A stretch of DNA of 64,000 nt from Takakia lepidozioides (taxonomy: Eukaryota; Plantae; Bryophyta): NCBI GenBank assembly GCA_030704615.1, contig CM060732.1, positions 74,648,001-74,712,000 on the forward strand. Reading direction: 5' to 3'. Shown here in pieces: positions 38,560-50,274 of this stretch (its first letter is position 1; every line of letters starts with the position of its first letter). Made by a program: the position numbers and the translations under genes. The notes under the pieces were generated by a model. It was not told the DNA's origin, made no database searches, and saw only the letters and a program-made list of their open reading frames with translations.

Positions 38560-41354
38560 TCATTGCAAACTTCTCAGATCTGAGCTAGAAGGCATTGGCG
38601 ATCTGCCATACAGTGATTGGTATACGCGTCTTGTTCGAAGCGTTAGAACTACGCTCAAGACAACCCCCACTCCACAAAAGCATGCCATGATGATAAAAAT
38701 CAGACGAAAACAGTGAGCACCCACACACTCGGGAGTCTCTGAGAACAACCCTCCTATGCCACTCATGAAGTTGAATATTCTGGCAGCAGATGTTGCATCC
38801 TTCTTGGCTTCTAGGTCATAGAGGAAACCAGCAATGAGTCCGGAAAACAACAAGGAACCCAAAGGGTTTCCGATCGTCAGAAAATTGTAGATCATGCCAA
38901 AGTGCCGCAATCCAAACAGCTCCGATGCTGTTGGCACCATGATGGAGAAGTGGAAGCCATAGCAAAGCCCCAAGAGTAACGATCCCACATACAAAGAACC
39001 TGGCAGTGCTGATGCAAAGAGCAGATGAGCAAAGATCATAAACACCTGAGCAGCTGCCATCCACACGGTTCTAGGAATAGCATCTGACCTGCAAGGGGAC
39101 ACACATATCAGTAGGCAATTAAAATGGTGTTTGCACTCACTGGACAAACTCTCGTGTGTATGTGCATGTGTAAGAAAGAGAGAAATTCATGAATTGATAG
39201 ATGCATGTTCGCACACAAGCAGTTTGGGCTGAGAGGGAGGAGTGGGCTAAGGGAGGAAATGCACACCTGATATAATATTCAGACAATGACCCTCCTCCAA
39301 GACGTCCAAGGAAGTTTGCAATGCTGATCAAAGAGACAAAGATGTTCACGTTGGAGTATCCTTGTGCTTCACCAATCTGTCCCAGGTTGTTAAGAGCTGT
39401 CACGCCTGTTCCCACCCCACAGAAGAAAGTGAAGAAGAGGAGCCAAAAGTCTGCTTTCACTAAAGCCTCCCCAAGTGTAAAATCTTCACCCCGTCTAGGT
39501 CCCCTCCTGCGCCGGACAGCTCCCTCACCCACAACCAGAAGGATGCCCGGATCATATTCTGCTTCACTTTCTGGCAATTGGGGAGTTTGTGGTGGCTGGG
39601 CTTGACCACTGTTTCTCACACTTACCATCCTAGCCTTCTCCACAGGATATAGCACTGGTTTGCCCTTTCCTTCTACATCCTCACCATGTTTTTGTTGCAT
39701 TAACCTTGGCATATCAGGTGTACGACCCTTCCTTTCTGATTGCTGATCCACGTTGAGATTCAAGGCAGGACCGGATACTTCTTCCTCTCCCTTGCCTCCT
39801 GCATTCAAAAGAGGCTCCCGAGATGTAGTTGATTCCGATACAACCAGAGCCTCCCCTTGCGAATCCATGTTATCTCCAGAACAATCATCCATCAGACACT
39901 TCACAGGAACAGACAGAGGGGCCGAAATAAAACCCACCATCACCGCTGTTAAAATCTCGGCGGTGCGAGGGTTTATATTGAAAAGGTCTTCCGCCAAAGT
40001 GGTGGCAAGGAGGTAGACAGCAAGTGCAATACAAATAATATGGATGAACACGAACTTGTCATGCTCTTCCGGATCCTTTGTCTGTGTTGCTGATGGAACA
40101 GGCCGGACAAATAGCATAGCTGACATGCACACTAGGGTAGGCCCGAGGGCCAGAAAAAGCAACAACCAAGTTGCATTGTTATCTAACAATGCAGTGAATA
40201 CTTGGGTGAAAATGGCTGCGCTCAAACCCACAAAGCCCTTCAGAATGCCCACCACAGTACCCCGGCTATGAGGAAAGTTGCGCATGCAGGTGACCAGCAC
40301 CGCTGTATTGAACCACGTTGCACTGTTGCCACCGATATACAGGAGCGCACACATCTGAGACAGCCCTCAAAATCAACCAACTTATAAGGCCTCAAATCCC
40401 AAACGCAATGTCACCACTGCAGTCATGCAGAGGCCAGGTCAATATGAAGCAGCTCGCTGTAGCTGCAATGCAGACAACAAATGCTACCATACAATGCTAA
40501 CCACTCTGGTCTAGCCCAATCAATTAAACGAGACTAGGCAGCTCTTGACTGCTGAAGGGTCCTAGGAGTCGCCGGGCTGTATCCTACTCACACAGGTCCT
40601 TGGAACTGGTGAGTATAAACCATTTATTACATGTATGCACAATCAATCACATTCGAAGGCAACTTCGAAGAATATCTTCACTTGTGCCTACCTCAGGCCT
40701 CTAAACTTACTTTCTCCCACCTTAACACTGCAGAGGATCTGCTAACACATTACAGCAGCCCACTATCAACCCATGTTTGGTCTTGCAGCTGGATGGTTTC
40801 CCCCAGAGGAGGTCCGAGCCTGAATTGTGATCAATCGGTCATCTAGCATATAAAACACATCAGCTGCAACTTTATTAATCTTGTACAACGTATGCATCAC
40901 GATCCCTTTCTGTCTGTAGCTTTTTACAGCCTGAGTGTGCTCCCCTTTCTGATCACGTCTCAACATGCACGGAGACGTCTCATACCAACAACTATGATAT
41001 ACATCTCTTCATCAGGATACCCACCTGCCAGTAAGATAAGGCGCCTATCTGCTTGCTCACGACCAGCCAGATCATACCATATCCAAAAAATCCCATGAGC
41101 GCACCAATGCTAAGAATGGCCCATGGCGGCAGCACATTGCACAGAAGGCCCGCCATCAAACCCACATTCTCGCCCATATCCTTAGCCACCCCCAAGTTGT
41201 TGACCTGCAGCTGGTTGTAGTGCAAGACCGACTTCAACGTGGGCGAATAAAAAGCGAAGGTGTAGGCATTTCCCGCCAAAGCCTGCACCCATATTGCTGC
41301 TGCTAATCCCAACCACTTACTGGCCCTCACTGAACAAGTTCTTCGCCTCTCCAT
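38560..41354 (-). CDS. Nodulin-like MFS transporter, NFD4-like (paralogue 1); exons 41354-41025, 40354-39267, 39088-38560
   Basis: KWLGLAAAIWVQ..AGNAYTF, LGVAKDMGENVG, WFNTAVLVTCMRNFP..RGTVVGILKG, GEDFTL.EALVKADFW, SELFGL.HFG..YN, C.GAHCF; GT-AG junctions keep frame. Confidence 0.95.
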
Positions 41355-43926
41355 TCACCTTCGCTTATGAACCGCCCCCCTCCCCCCTCTCTCTCCAGGA
41401 CGCTCTCAAGCTTTATTCGGGACCATATAATCGCTCACAAAGTTTTCAAGCCATCTCTCTCTCCCTCCGCCTCCAATGATGTACATCAGCGGCCCATTGG
41501 AGGGGGACGCTGCAGCAGCAACAACCATCAACCACTCCCTGTAACGAGATCGTCGACGACCACTGCAAGGCAATTCGGAACGAGTCTACTACCTGGGCTC
41601 CAAAATCACAACCGAGTAATTTATTCCCTGGAAATAAGTACCTAACGTCAAAGCCAACGATTGCAGGGATCGGTCACTGCGTACATTCTCATCACCCATG
41701 AAATCCGTAACGCATAAGTTGAACGTCAATCACCAACCGTCCAGTCTTCTCCTTCTCCCACACCTCCACTTTCCCAGTACACCCCCTCCAGTTGCTCCCC
41801 CTGCAGCTTGATCTGTCTACGACTTTTTCTACTGGAATTAGCGTAACATACGGAGAAGAGCAGCAGACGGGAAGAGAGCTACTCCAGCAGCGGCGTTGAT
41901 GGAGGAGCAGGTGGCTCCTGTTTTGGAGATCCGACCACGTCGGCCCCATGTGGCCCATGCGCTGCTAGCGCCCTTTGACTGGTACAACCCGCCACCCACT
42001 TGACTTGTAATTCCATACACCACGTTGCCCTAACCGCCAATTTGTAAAAAGAAAGTGCCATGCTCCCTCTGTCGGTCTTTGCGGCTGTTTGTTTGTGAAG
42101 TATCTCCTTCCTCCTGGCAAGTTACAATTACAGTATGTGCACGAGTACAGAAAAGGGCCTTTCCACCACTGTCCTGGTATCTAAGAAATTATCTTTGAAG
42201 AGTGATGAGCTTGAGATTAGAAGAGAGGAAGTGATGTAGCGACGAAGAAAGAAGCCCATGCATCCTGCAGCCACTCGTCACATGGTGTTAGTTTCTAGCT
42301 TAATATCGGTTGTAATGTATCCAATTGCTTCTGCTGGGGACGTTCATGCATTGAATGAAAGAGAAGACAAGCTCTTGCCTCCATGCATACAAGTCATGGT
42401 GTTACAGCCATTCTTAATCGAATCTTTTCAAATTCAAGAGTTAGAGGGATCCTGAGGAACATACCATGCTGTATAAAACTAGCTACACTTTGGTACTGTT
42501 GTACTTTAATACTTTAGTACTGCAGCGCTGTGAGCAGCTTCCTCCACTAATGTTGGCACGACTCACCACGAGCATCGATTGACGAAGTTGCAATCTCGCC
42601 TCAAAACAAAGGGGTTCCTAACCCTCAGGTGGGTTTTCCTACGTGTATTCTGCTTCCTCCGACACATTTGGTCAGAGGCTTACCATTTGGCTTGATGTTG
42701 GAGTTTGAAATTCCATGCCCGTCTTCAGTGCTGTTCTTCGATATCACTGTTTGTGACTCTGAAATGTAGATGCGCATCTAGATACGTTATCTGACATCCG
42801 ATCTCTGATGTACTGCTATATGGGTGAAGGCCTGAGCTGCCTGTTGCTTTTCACAAACTAGGGTTGGCAGCCAGGGAACCTGCTACAAATTTCGCCCACA
42901 AACTATCACAAAGTGGTGACAAAATCTACAGGACAATGTGGTCGGAGGGAAAGTTAGGCGTCTACTTATGATAGTGTGGGTCCCATTTACCTCTGGTCGC
43001 ACTGCCAATCATACTGAGCAGAATGTAGCTCTAACAGATATGGCTGTGATTGCCCTCATGATGGAAGGGGGTGAAGAGACGAATGTTTGCTGCTCTGGGG
43101 CCTGTGGTGATAAACCTGGTAGGCCTACCGAACCGAAAGAGACACTCTGGCTTGTGTGGAAAAAAGGCAAAAATGGTCACGTCTGGTTGACAAAGCTCAA
43201 ATTTGCATTAGCCTTTGTGGTGTTGAAAGGTCATAAATGTGCCTTCTTCTTTGTGACCTGATATGTTGGCAACACGCAAACTATGAGTAGATTTGAGTCT
43301 TGAACAAGAAAATTCAGGAAGGATTCCAACCTCAGCAGGCATGAAGTTTGCCAAGCAACCCTTGCTTCAGCCAAAACAATCCTTGGCTATCTGCTGAGAG
43401 GCAATCAAACAGACTTGTGTGATGGCACCTCTCTTTCCTCTGTTCATCTTCTTCAGGTTTAAGTTAGCGACCATTCCAAAACGCAATGCCCCTCGTAAGA
43501 TTAAGTTTTCAGAATTTGCTGCCCTTCATTGCAGGCCTGAATTCCGGGGACTAACATTACATCATCTCTCTCTGCTCTTCTCTCCATGAGGCTACAAGGA
43601 TGTGGCAATCCAAGTCTGATGGTGCCTTATTTCTGGCTGATTGCACTCACAACCACTGGACATGCCCACATCCCACGGGATCAGAACAAGAATTGCATCT
43701 CCTTCTCTTCCCGTTTCTCAGCATCCAAGCTTGAAATACACCACTTGAAGTTGAGGCCAGCACTGCCCAGTTGCAGGTTAAAGGAAACGATCGATGGACT
43801 CCTCTTGAAGCAGGAGTAAATGATGGTGTCTCTTACCGAAGGATTACTGCCTTCAGTTTGGACGTTGGACATCTTATATCGTACACAAGCCATGTCGTTC
43901 TCATCATGCATATCACAACGTGATCT

Positions 43927-44755
43927 TCACCAATATTGCCGTTGCCCTGTTGCCAAAACCCAGCAGCAGACTGTCAGGTTGGATACAGCGTGTGCCAAAA
44001 CACCATCAAGAAACAAGCCCCGCCTGCCCATCATCCACTGAAAGAGAAGCCCTGAGATGGCATAGCTGCGCCACTCCTTGCCATTATAGATTGCATAGGC
44101 TCCATTCGAAGCAAGCCATGCCAACCAGCTCCAACTCCGGAAGGGAACAGCCGTAAAACTTGGATACTGATTCCTCTGCAGAAGGTGTACCATGTAGCGA
44201 TACATCCATGAATGGTAAACTAGCTCTTCCTCAACGGGCACCGCAAGAGAGGCTCCCACCACCCGAACTGCATCCCACAACTGAGCTGTTGTGGCTGATG
44301 GAAAATCGAGTTTGGGTTGCCAGAGTGTCCTCATTGCTTCGTCCTGATTCTCGTTTAGATATACAGTAACAACGCCACTTAGCAAACCAACAATCACCCC
44401 TTCCAGCGTCACTAGGCCGACTGCGTACCTATGATGGAGTTCTGGCAAATAACGGTGAAGAAAAAGAACCCACAGAAATGTGGAGCTGTAACGCAGCAAT
44501 TTGATTTTGTACCTCGCCCTCCTCATCGCAGGGGCGCGCATGAGGTCAAATGTGAGGAGCTCATGCTCGAATTTTCTAGCAGCCTCAGATTCCTTTTTGC
44601 GCGCTTGGATTCTTTCGCGAGCTTCCGCTTTTGCAGTCCACAGAGAGCGGTAGTGTAACACGTTTGCGCAGACGATGGTCAGTACCCATGGCGTTACGCG
44701 CAGCAGCACCTGAACCCACATCAGCATTTGGAATGCGCCAGAGAATATGCCTCGT

Positions 44756-44796
<41 letters not shown>

Positions 44797-44865
44797 AGCT
44801 CTGTTCTCTCAAACCTGCTTTCTGTGATAAATCCCCGCCTCAATTTCTCTGACCAACACAGTCAT
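43927..44865 (-). CDS. CAAX prenyl protease-related (CPBP/Abi) intramembrane protein of bacterial type; probable exons 44865-44815 and 44709-43927
   Basis: VPVEEELVY (EE motif), AHAVSN (HxxxN motif), terminal WVLATGQRQYW, several TM segments; phase-0 GT-AG intron containing a GA microsatellite. Confidence 0.8.
44757..44792. repeat. (CT)n microsatellite; a second one at ~44943-44968
   Basis: Direct reading of the sequence. Confidence 0.95.
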
Positions 44866-45489
44866 TGTGTGAATTTCAATGAGAGCGTCTGATTTTGTTC
44901 TGTCTCGGTCGAACTTCACTACAGTTTTTCCAACTGCATCACCTCTCTCTCTCTCTCTCTCTCTCTCTGTGCCCGACAGATAGATACACACGGATTTTCC
45001 ACCATAAGGAAGAGTTCAAACTGGCCCGTCTACGAACTGAGCTTCAACAGTAGAATAAAATCTCAAATTCGGTGGTACCCATTCCTCAAGCACGTCTTTT
45101 ACTCCTCTGCAACGCCAGGCTTGAACATGAGAGGTGGAGACCGAAAGCCATAGCCATAGCTATAGCTGACTCTTGTAATCTGGAATGCAAAATGGCCTGC
45201 TTCGGATCTCGTCTTGCTCTGGACCCTAATCCCTAGACGATGCCAACGAAGTGATCATGGATTCGAGGCTGCGGATGTTTACTTATTCAAAGCCTCAGAG
45301 GGGTCGACAAGAGAAAGCCAAATGTGGAAGATGATGTTTATTACCCACAGGTCCGATTTGTGGACCGGAGAATTCCAGAAAAGGAAATCTATTATCTAAC
45401 GGTCCGAAAGTTTGACCGAAGGTCGAAAGCGGTGAAAGAGAGAGAAGAGGAGAGGAGATGAATGTTCCTCGGGTTTGAGGAAGCAGGCT

Positions 45490-46982
45490 ATGGCGGGCGG
45501 CAGAGGAATACACGGCTCCGGCACCGAGACTCTGCACGACTATGCGCGAGCAGGAAACGTTGAAGCCGTGCAGCGCTTGTCTACCGATGCAGAGTCCGTG
45601 AATGCTCGGGACCGTCACTCTCGTACACCGTATCCTGCACTTGCTTTCTGGTATTGTCTGCTCTTCGATATCTCTTTTGTTTTTCCCTTTGTAATTGTTC
45701 TATGACTTGAAGTCGAATTATTTGGACCTGTAACTCTCTACTTCTGGATGCTCGGTTGGATAACCAATGTACTCCTACCATCCTGCAAGGTCGAGTCTAA
45801 GGTTTTTGGTTAAACAATCCCTCTGCATATTTGGGGTTTTTCTTTGTGTTTCCTGGAACAACAGGAGAAGTCGGTGAGGGAAACATTCTGGAACGTGGAG
45901 GTGTCAACGAACCCTCACCTTGTTCGATTCAGAATTTCCATTTTAGGTCAGCCTGTGTGAATCTGGAAGGCGTAAAGATTTCGGCTACACATAGTAGTCC
46001 CTTGCGTGTTCCCTCTCCTCTCTAATTGGCGTAGAGCTGCATCCGAACCTTGAGTACTGTAGTCCTCATACCTTAAATTTTAGGTCTTTGTTCAGTAGAT
46101 CTCCCTCAAGGGGATAATAGTAGGCATTATCGTATCTCACAATAAACCGGAAGCTAGAATGGCAGACCCATGTACAGATGAGTTGGTTTTCATGATTTCC
46201 TGAGGAGTTGGTGATGTTTCGTCTGTCAAGCAACAGCTTCAATTTGGATATGGGTGGATCACTTAACAAAGAAAATTAGACTTCATTTGGCAGCATGGGC
46301 AGGTCAGACAGAGGTGGTGAAAGTACTGTGCCAGAATCACGCAGATGTTGGTGCGGCAGCAGCAGATGACATGGCAGCCATTCATTTTGCTAGCCAGAAG
46401 GGGCATGCAGAAATTGTTCGCCTCCTACTAGCAGCAGGTGCTTATGTGAATTCACGCACCCGCAAGGGCATGACGCCCCTTCACTATGCAGTTCAGGGAG
46501 GCCACACTGATCTCACCACTCTTTTGATCAAGAGAGGAGCAAATCTGCAGTCAGAGACAAAGGCCGGCAAGAAACCTATTGATCTCACTAGAGATGAAGC
46601 ATTTCAATCTTTTGTGAAAACTGCTGAATGTGAGCGCCTGGCACAGAGGAACACAAAGTCTAGTGGCAAATCCAAAGCCGGGGGAAAGGAGGTTACTGTG
46701 GCACAATCAGCACAGTTGGATGGAAAAGAACTAGGGAAGGCAGAGGGTGCATCATCAATAGATAGGGGTGACAATGATGATACTGAGATTGTTAAACCAC
46801 CGGAGAAGGAAGGTCATATTTCTGAGCTACAAGGGACAGGTACAGAAGATACAGAAGGGACTAAGAAAAATGAAGCTGAAAGTGAGGAAGAAGTGAAAGA
46901 TGAATGGATAGGGCCTAAAAAGAAAAAGGTCAAAGTTTCACTATCACATCTCTTTACTGATGAAACTGAAGAGGATGCATAG
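45490..46982 (+). CDS. Ankyrin repeat protein with charged C-terminal tail; exons 45490-45629 and 46280-46982
   Basis: Spliced TPLHLAAWAG, AIHFASQKGH, TPLHYAVQGGH; phase-2 intron keeps frame; NLS-like PKKKKVK. Confidence 0.92.
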
Positions 46983-47479
46983 CAAAGGGAACGACTTATT
47001 AAATTTGTGCAAATCTTGTTCTAGACTTGTTTTCCCAGACATAATCAGCTCTCTGCGGAGGGCACGAATATGAGAATTTCCGGGATCTATCCTCGGTACA
47101 TGATGGTCAAAGACTTCAGGTAGGCAAAGCCATCTTTTTGCTTAAAAGCCATTACGAAGCAGGTAATGTGCAACTGCATGCTGGGTGTGCACATCAACAA
47201 CCCATCTGTGCATGAATGCAGTTATTGACTGGACAATGATCGTCATTGCTGGACGTTGTTGCACACATGTGTTGCCATGCAGAATTGCACAGTGCTCACT
47301 GTATCTCACTGATCTAATTAGAAACAGTTTAGGTACTTCTGGGGAAGAGGCCTGAATGTAATGAAATGACACCACGAATGAAAATGTCTTAGAAGCTTGT
47401 ACACACCAATCTCTGGATGTGGTTGTATAGCTGTCCCTGGAAATGCATCGACAACATGCTTGAACTGCAACCACTAAAA

Positions 47480-47612
47480 GCTTTCCCTCTCTGAGCTGTT
47501 GGTAGAAGAAGAGAAGAAAAGCTTCCTCTCTGAGCTTGTTGGTAGAAGAAGAGTAAGAAAAGCTTTCTCTCTGAGCTTGTTGGTAGAAGAAGAGGAAGAA
47601 GAAGAAGAAGAG
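47480..47612 (+). repeat. ~42-bp tandem repeat, 3 copies, ending in a GAA run
   Basis: CTCTCTGAGCT(T)GTTGGTAGAAGAAGAG three times. Confidence 0.9.
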
Positions 47613-48162
47613 AGAATGGAAGGAAGAGAAATCTGGACGAAGAGGTCTCGCTCAGAGTCTCAGTAGCCGTTCTGAGCGACGTCTCGTTTGATATATCGAC
47701 GAACGAACTTTGAAGAAACCGACTCCAGGAAGGTTTCTTTCCTCGTCTCCCTCACGTCATCTGCTTCGTGAGACGCTGCTTTCGGAAACCCGCTCGTTGG
47801 ATTATGTTTGCTGCTACCGAGGCTTCTCTTGCTGTTCTATTTATTGTGCTTGAATTGACTTTGGAGCCTAAACTTGTCATCTTCACGGTGTTGCTCAATA
47901 TTTGCTTGAGGCTTTGGTCACGTATCCCTTCTTACTGCAGAGTTTTGAATTCGGATACTTTTTTCGCTTGCAGATCATTCATTCAGTCCCATTCTCTTGT
48001 CCAGAGCCGTGTTGTCTTCCACAATCTCCAGGGCTCTCTGATCGAGTAGCTCCGCAGGGGCTGATAGTGGGTTTTATCCTCGCGCTTGTAGTTTCTAAGA
48101 ATCCGGTTTGTATTTGGGTCGATTTCTATCTTTCATTTGTTCCGAGGGCAAGGTATCTCACC

Positions 48163-50274
48163 ATGCCGGGAAATACATACGCCACTGTGTACGTTGGTAC
48201 GTGTCCTCGCTCTTTTCCCTTCTCTCGTCACCCGTCTTCCGAGTCGTTGTCCTTGGTTTCGATTTAGAAATGGCATCATGTGCACTGTTAATTTTGTTAA
48301 GATGAACACGGAAATTACATGAGGCTTAGGAAGAGTGGATCATCTGGTGTTGGAAGAAAGAGCACATGTGTTACAAGGACAGGCTTATGCAGGCTTAGGA
48401 AAAAGAGGAGTCTGAATCGTAGTGATGAAGTCGATGTCCTATAACCCCCCGTGTGTGTTAGAGTGTGCGCTTATGAATGTTCTTTGAAAGCAGAATATTA
48501 CAGGAGAGGATCTATTGACATGTCTGAAAAATCAGTCACATGGTGCTGCCAAATTGAGGAGTGGGAGGTTTTTATGGGAGGCAGTTTATGAGAGGAGAGT
48601 CTTACAGAACTGGGGGAGAGGGGAGGGGCTGATAAGGAAGAGTGATGGTGGCTATGATAGGGAACTTGGATGAGAGAGTGGACGAGAGGGTGCTGTACGA
48701 GATAATGGTGCAGGCAGGTCCGTTGGTAGAGGTGTATATCCCAAGAGACAAAGACAGCAAGCGTCACAAGGGTTATGGCTTTTCTGAGTATAAGACTGAG
48801 GAGAGTGCTCAATATGCCCTCCGTCTTTTCTCAGGCCTTGTCTCCCTTTACAATCGCTCTATTCGTTTCTCGGTAGGTTTTTGGTCATCTCTCTTCTTCC
48901 TCTTTGAGGACGCGTTTTGCAGGCCCTTCTTTTGTTTGTATTGTATTCTGAGTGGAATGACTATAACCGTGATAAGTTCTTTGAAGACGGTAGCTCATCA
49001 CATTGTCACAGCATGCTGTGTATGCGATATTTCTGTAGGTGGTTTCATTACGATGGAAGGTTGGGGTGAAGCATTTTGCTCCACAGATGGGGCAAGTTTC
49101 ACGCAATTGCCAACTGCGGACAGGCTATCACCAAATCAGTATTTAATGAACTATCAGGGTGTGTGCTGTATATATACAAACGAATTTTTACTGATAATTC
49201 CAGGACAAGTTCAGTCTTGTTCTTCAAGATCATATGACGGCATCTCTCAGATTTTAATTGATCTGGGTCCGTGACTTGATCACTCTTACGAGATGTAGTT
49301 ATTTTCTTTCCCTCTTGCCCCCCAACCCTTTACCTTTTGCGTTGAGAGCACATGAGCGTGCAGATGATTTTGGGCACGCTTCTTCCCTGGCAATCAGGAT
49401 CCTGGTTATTGTGGAAGACTTCAGTTGTAAAGAAACTATGAGGAGTACTGGATACATGGTTTATTTTGCAGATTTCAGGAGGAGAGAGGCCAGTACAGCC
49501 AGGTCAGGACAACATAAGTAGCAACGGATCGTCCCTCAGATCAAGTGAAACGAATATCTGTCTCGCCCAAATCTACTCTCCAAACCACTCACCGCACCCT
49601 AACTATTCCCCAGCAGGTAATCTTATTTTGCCTTGTTCAAAGGGGCACAGTGTGGTTACCTTGTCTCTGTATTTCTTCTACCCTATTTTTTGGGCGGTCA
49701 AGTTATGCATGGCAGTATCATGCATGCATTCGAGCAGCACCAGGCTGTGGCCAGCTGTCTATCAAGTCAGTCTCTGTCCTTCACCACTCATCTTTCTCTA
49801 CATATTGCCAGCCTTGAAAATCAACACTTACACCTCTGTTATTAACTTCTTATTTACTGTGCGCAAAGGATTTATGGCAATTCCATGCTGAGTTTCTTAC
49901 CCTGGTTTGTTAAATTCCCATGATGGACTTCCAGAGGGTCAGTATTTCCCATCCCTCAATGCCATACAAGTGTTGAATGTGGTGAGGACATTTCCCCACA
50001 CACGAACATGGCTTAGTGTGAATATCTGTCCCTTGGGCTGTGGTTGCCTGCCAATTACGCTAACTTACAGGCGCGAGTGATCAGACAATTTTATCCTAGG
50101 TGTTTCTGACATTTTCAACGGTTTACGTTGTTTGCAGCGTATGCTGGCATGCAAATGCCAGGCTTTCTAAGCACAGTAGCACAATCCAATGCTCAGTTAG
50201 CAGCTCTGGGGCAATTTGGTCTACAAGGCCGGCATCACAGTCACCAGTATGCATATGCACCCCAATCCTACTAA
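48163..50274 (+). CDS. Single-RRM protein, RBM7/RBM11-like; exons 48163-48196, 48661-48872, 49472-49616, 50138-50274
   Basis: Spliced MPGNTYATVYVGNLDERV (RNP2), KGYGFSEY (RNP1), ALRLFSGLVSLYNRSIRFSISG; all junctions GT-AG and in frame. Confidence 0.88.

Noticed and set aside
48873-49274. Extension of the 210-aa RRM ORF
   Set aside because: Read-through into an intron; the spliced model restores the conserved FSISG continuation
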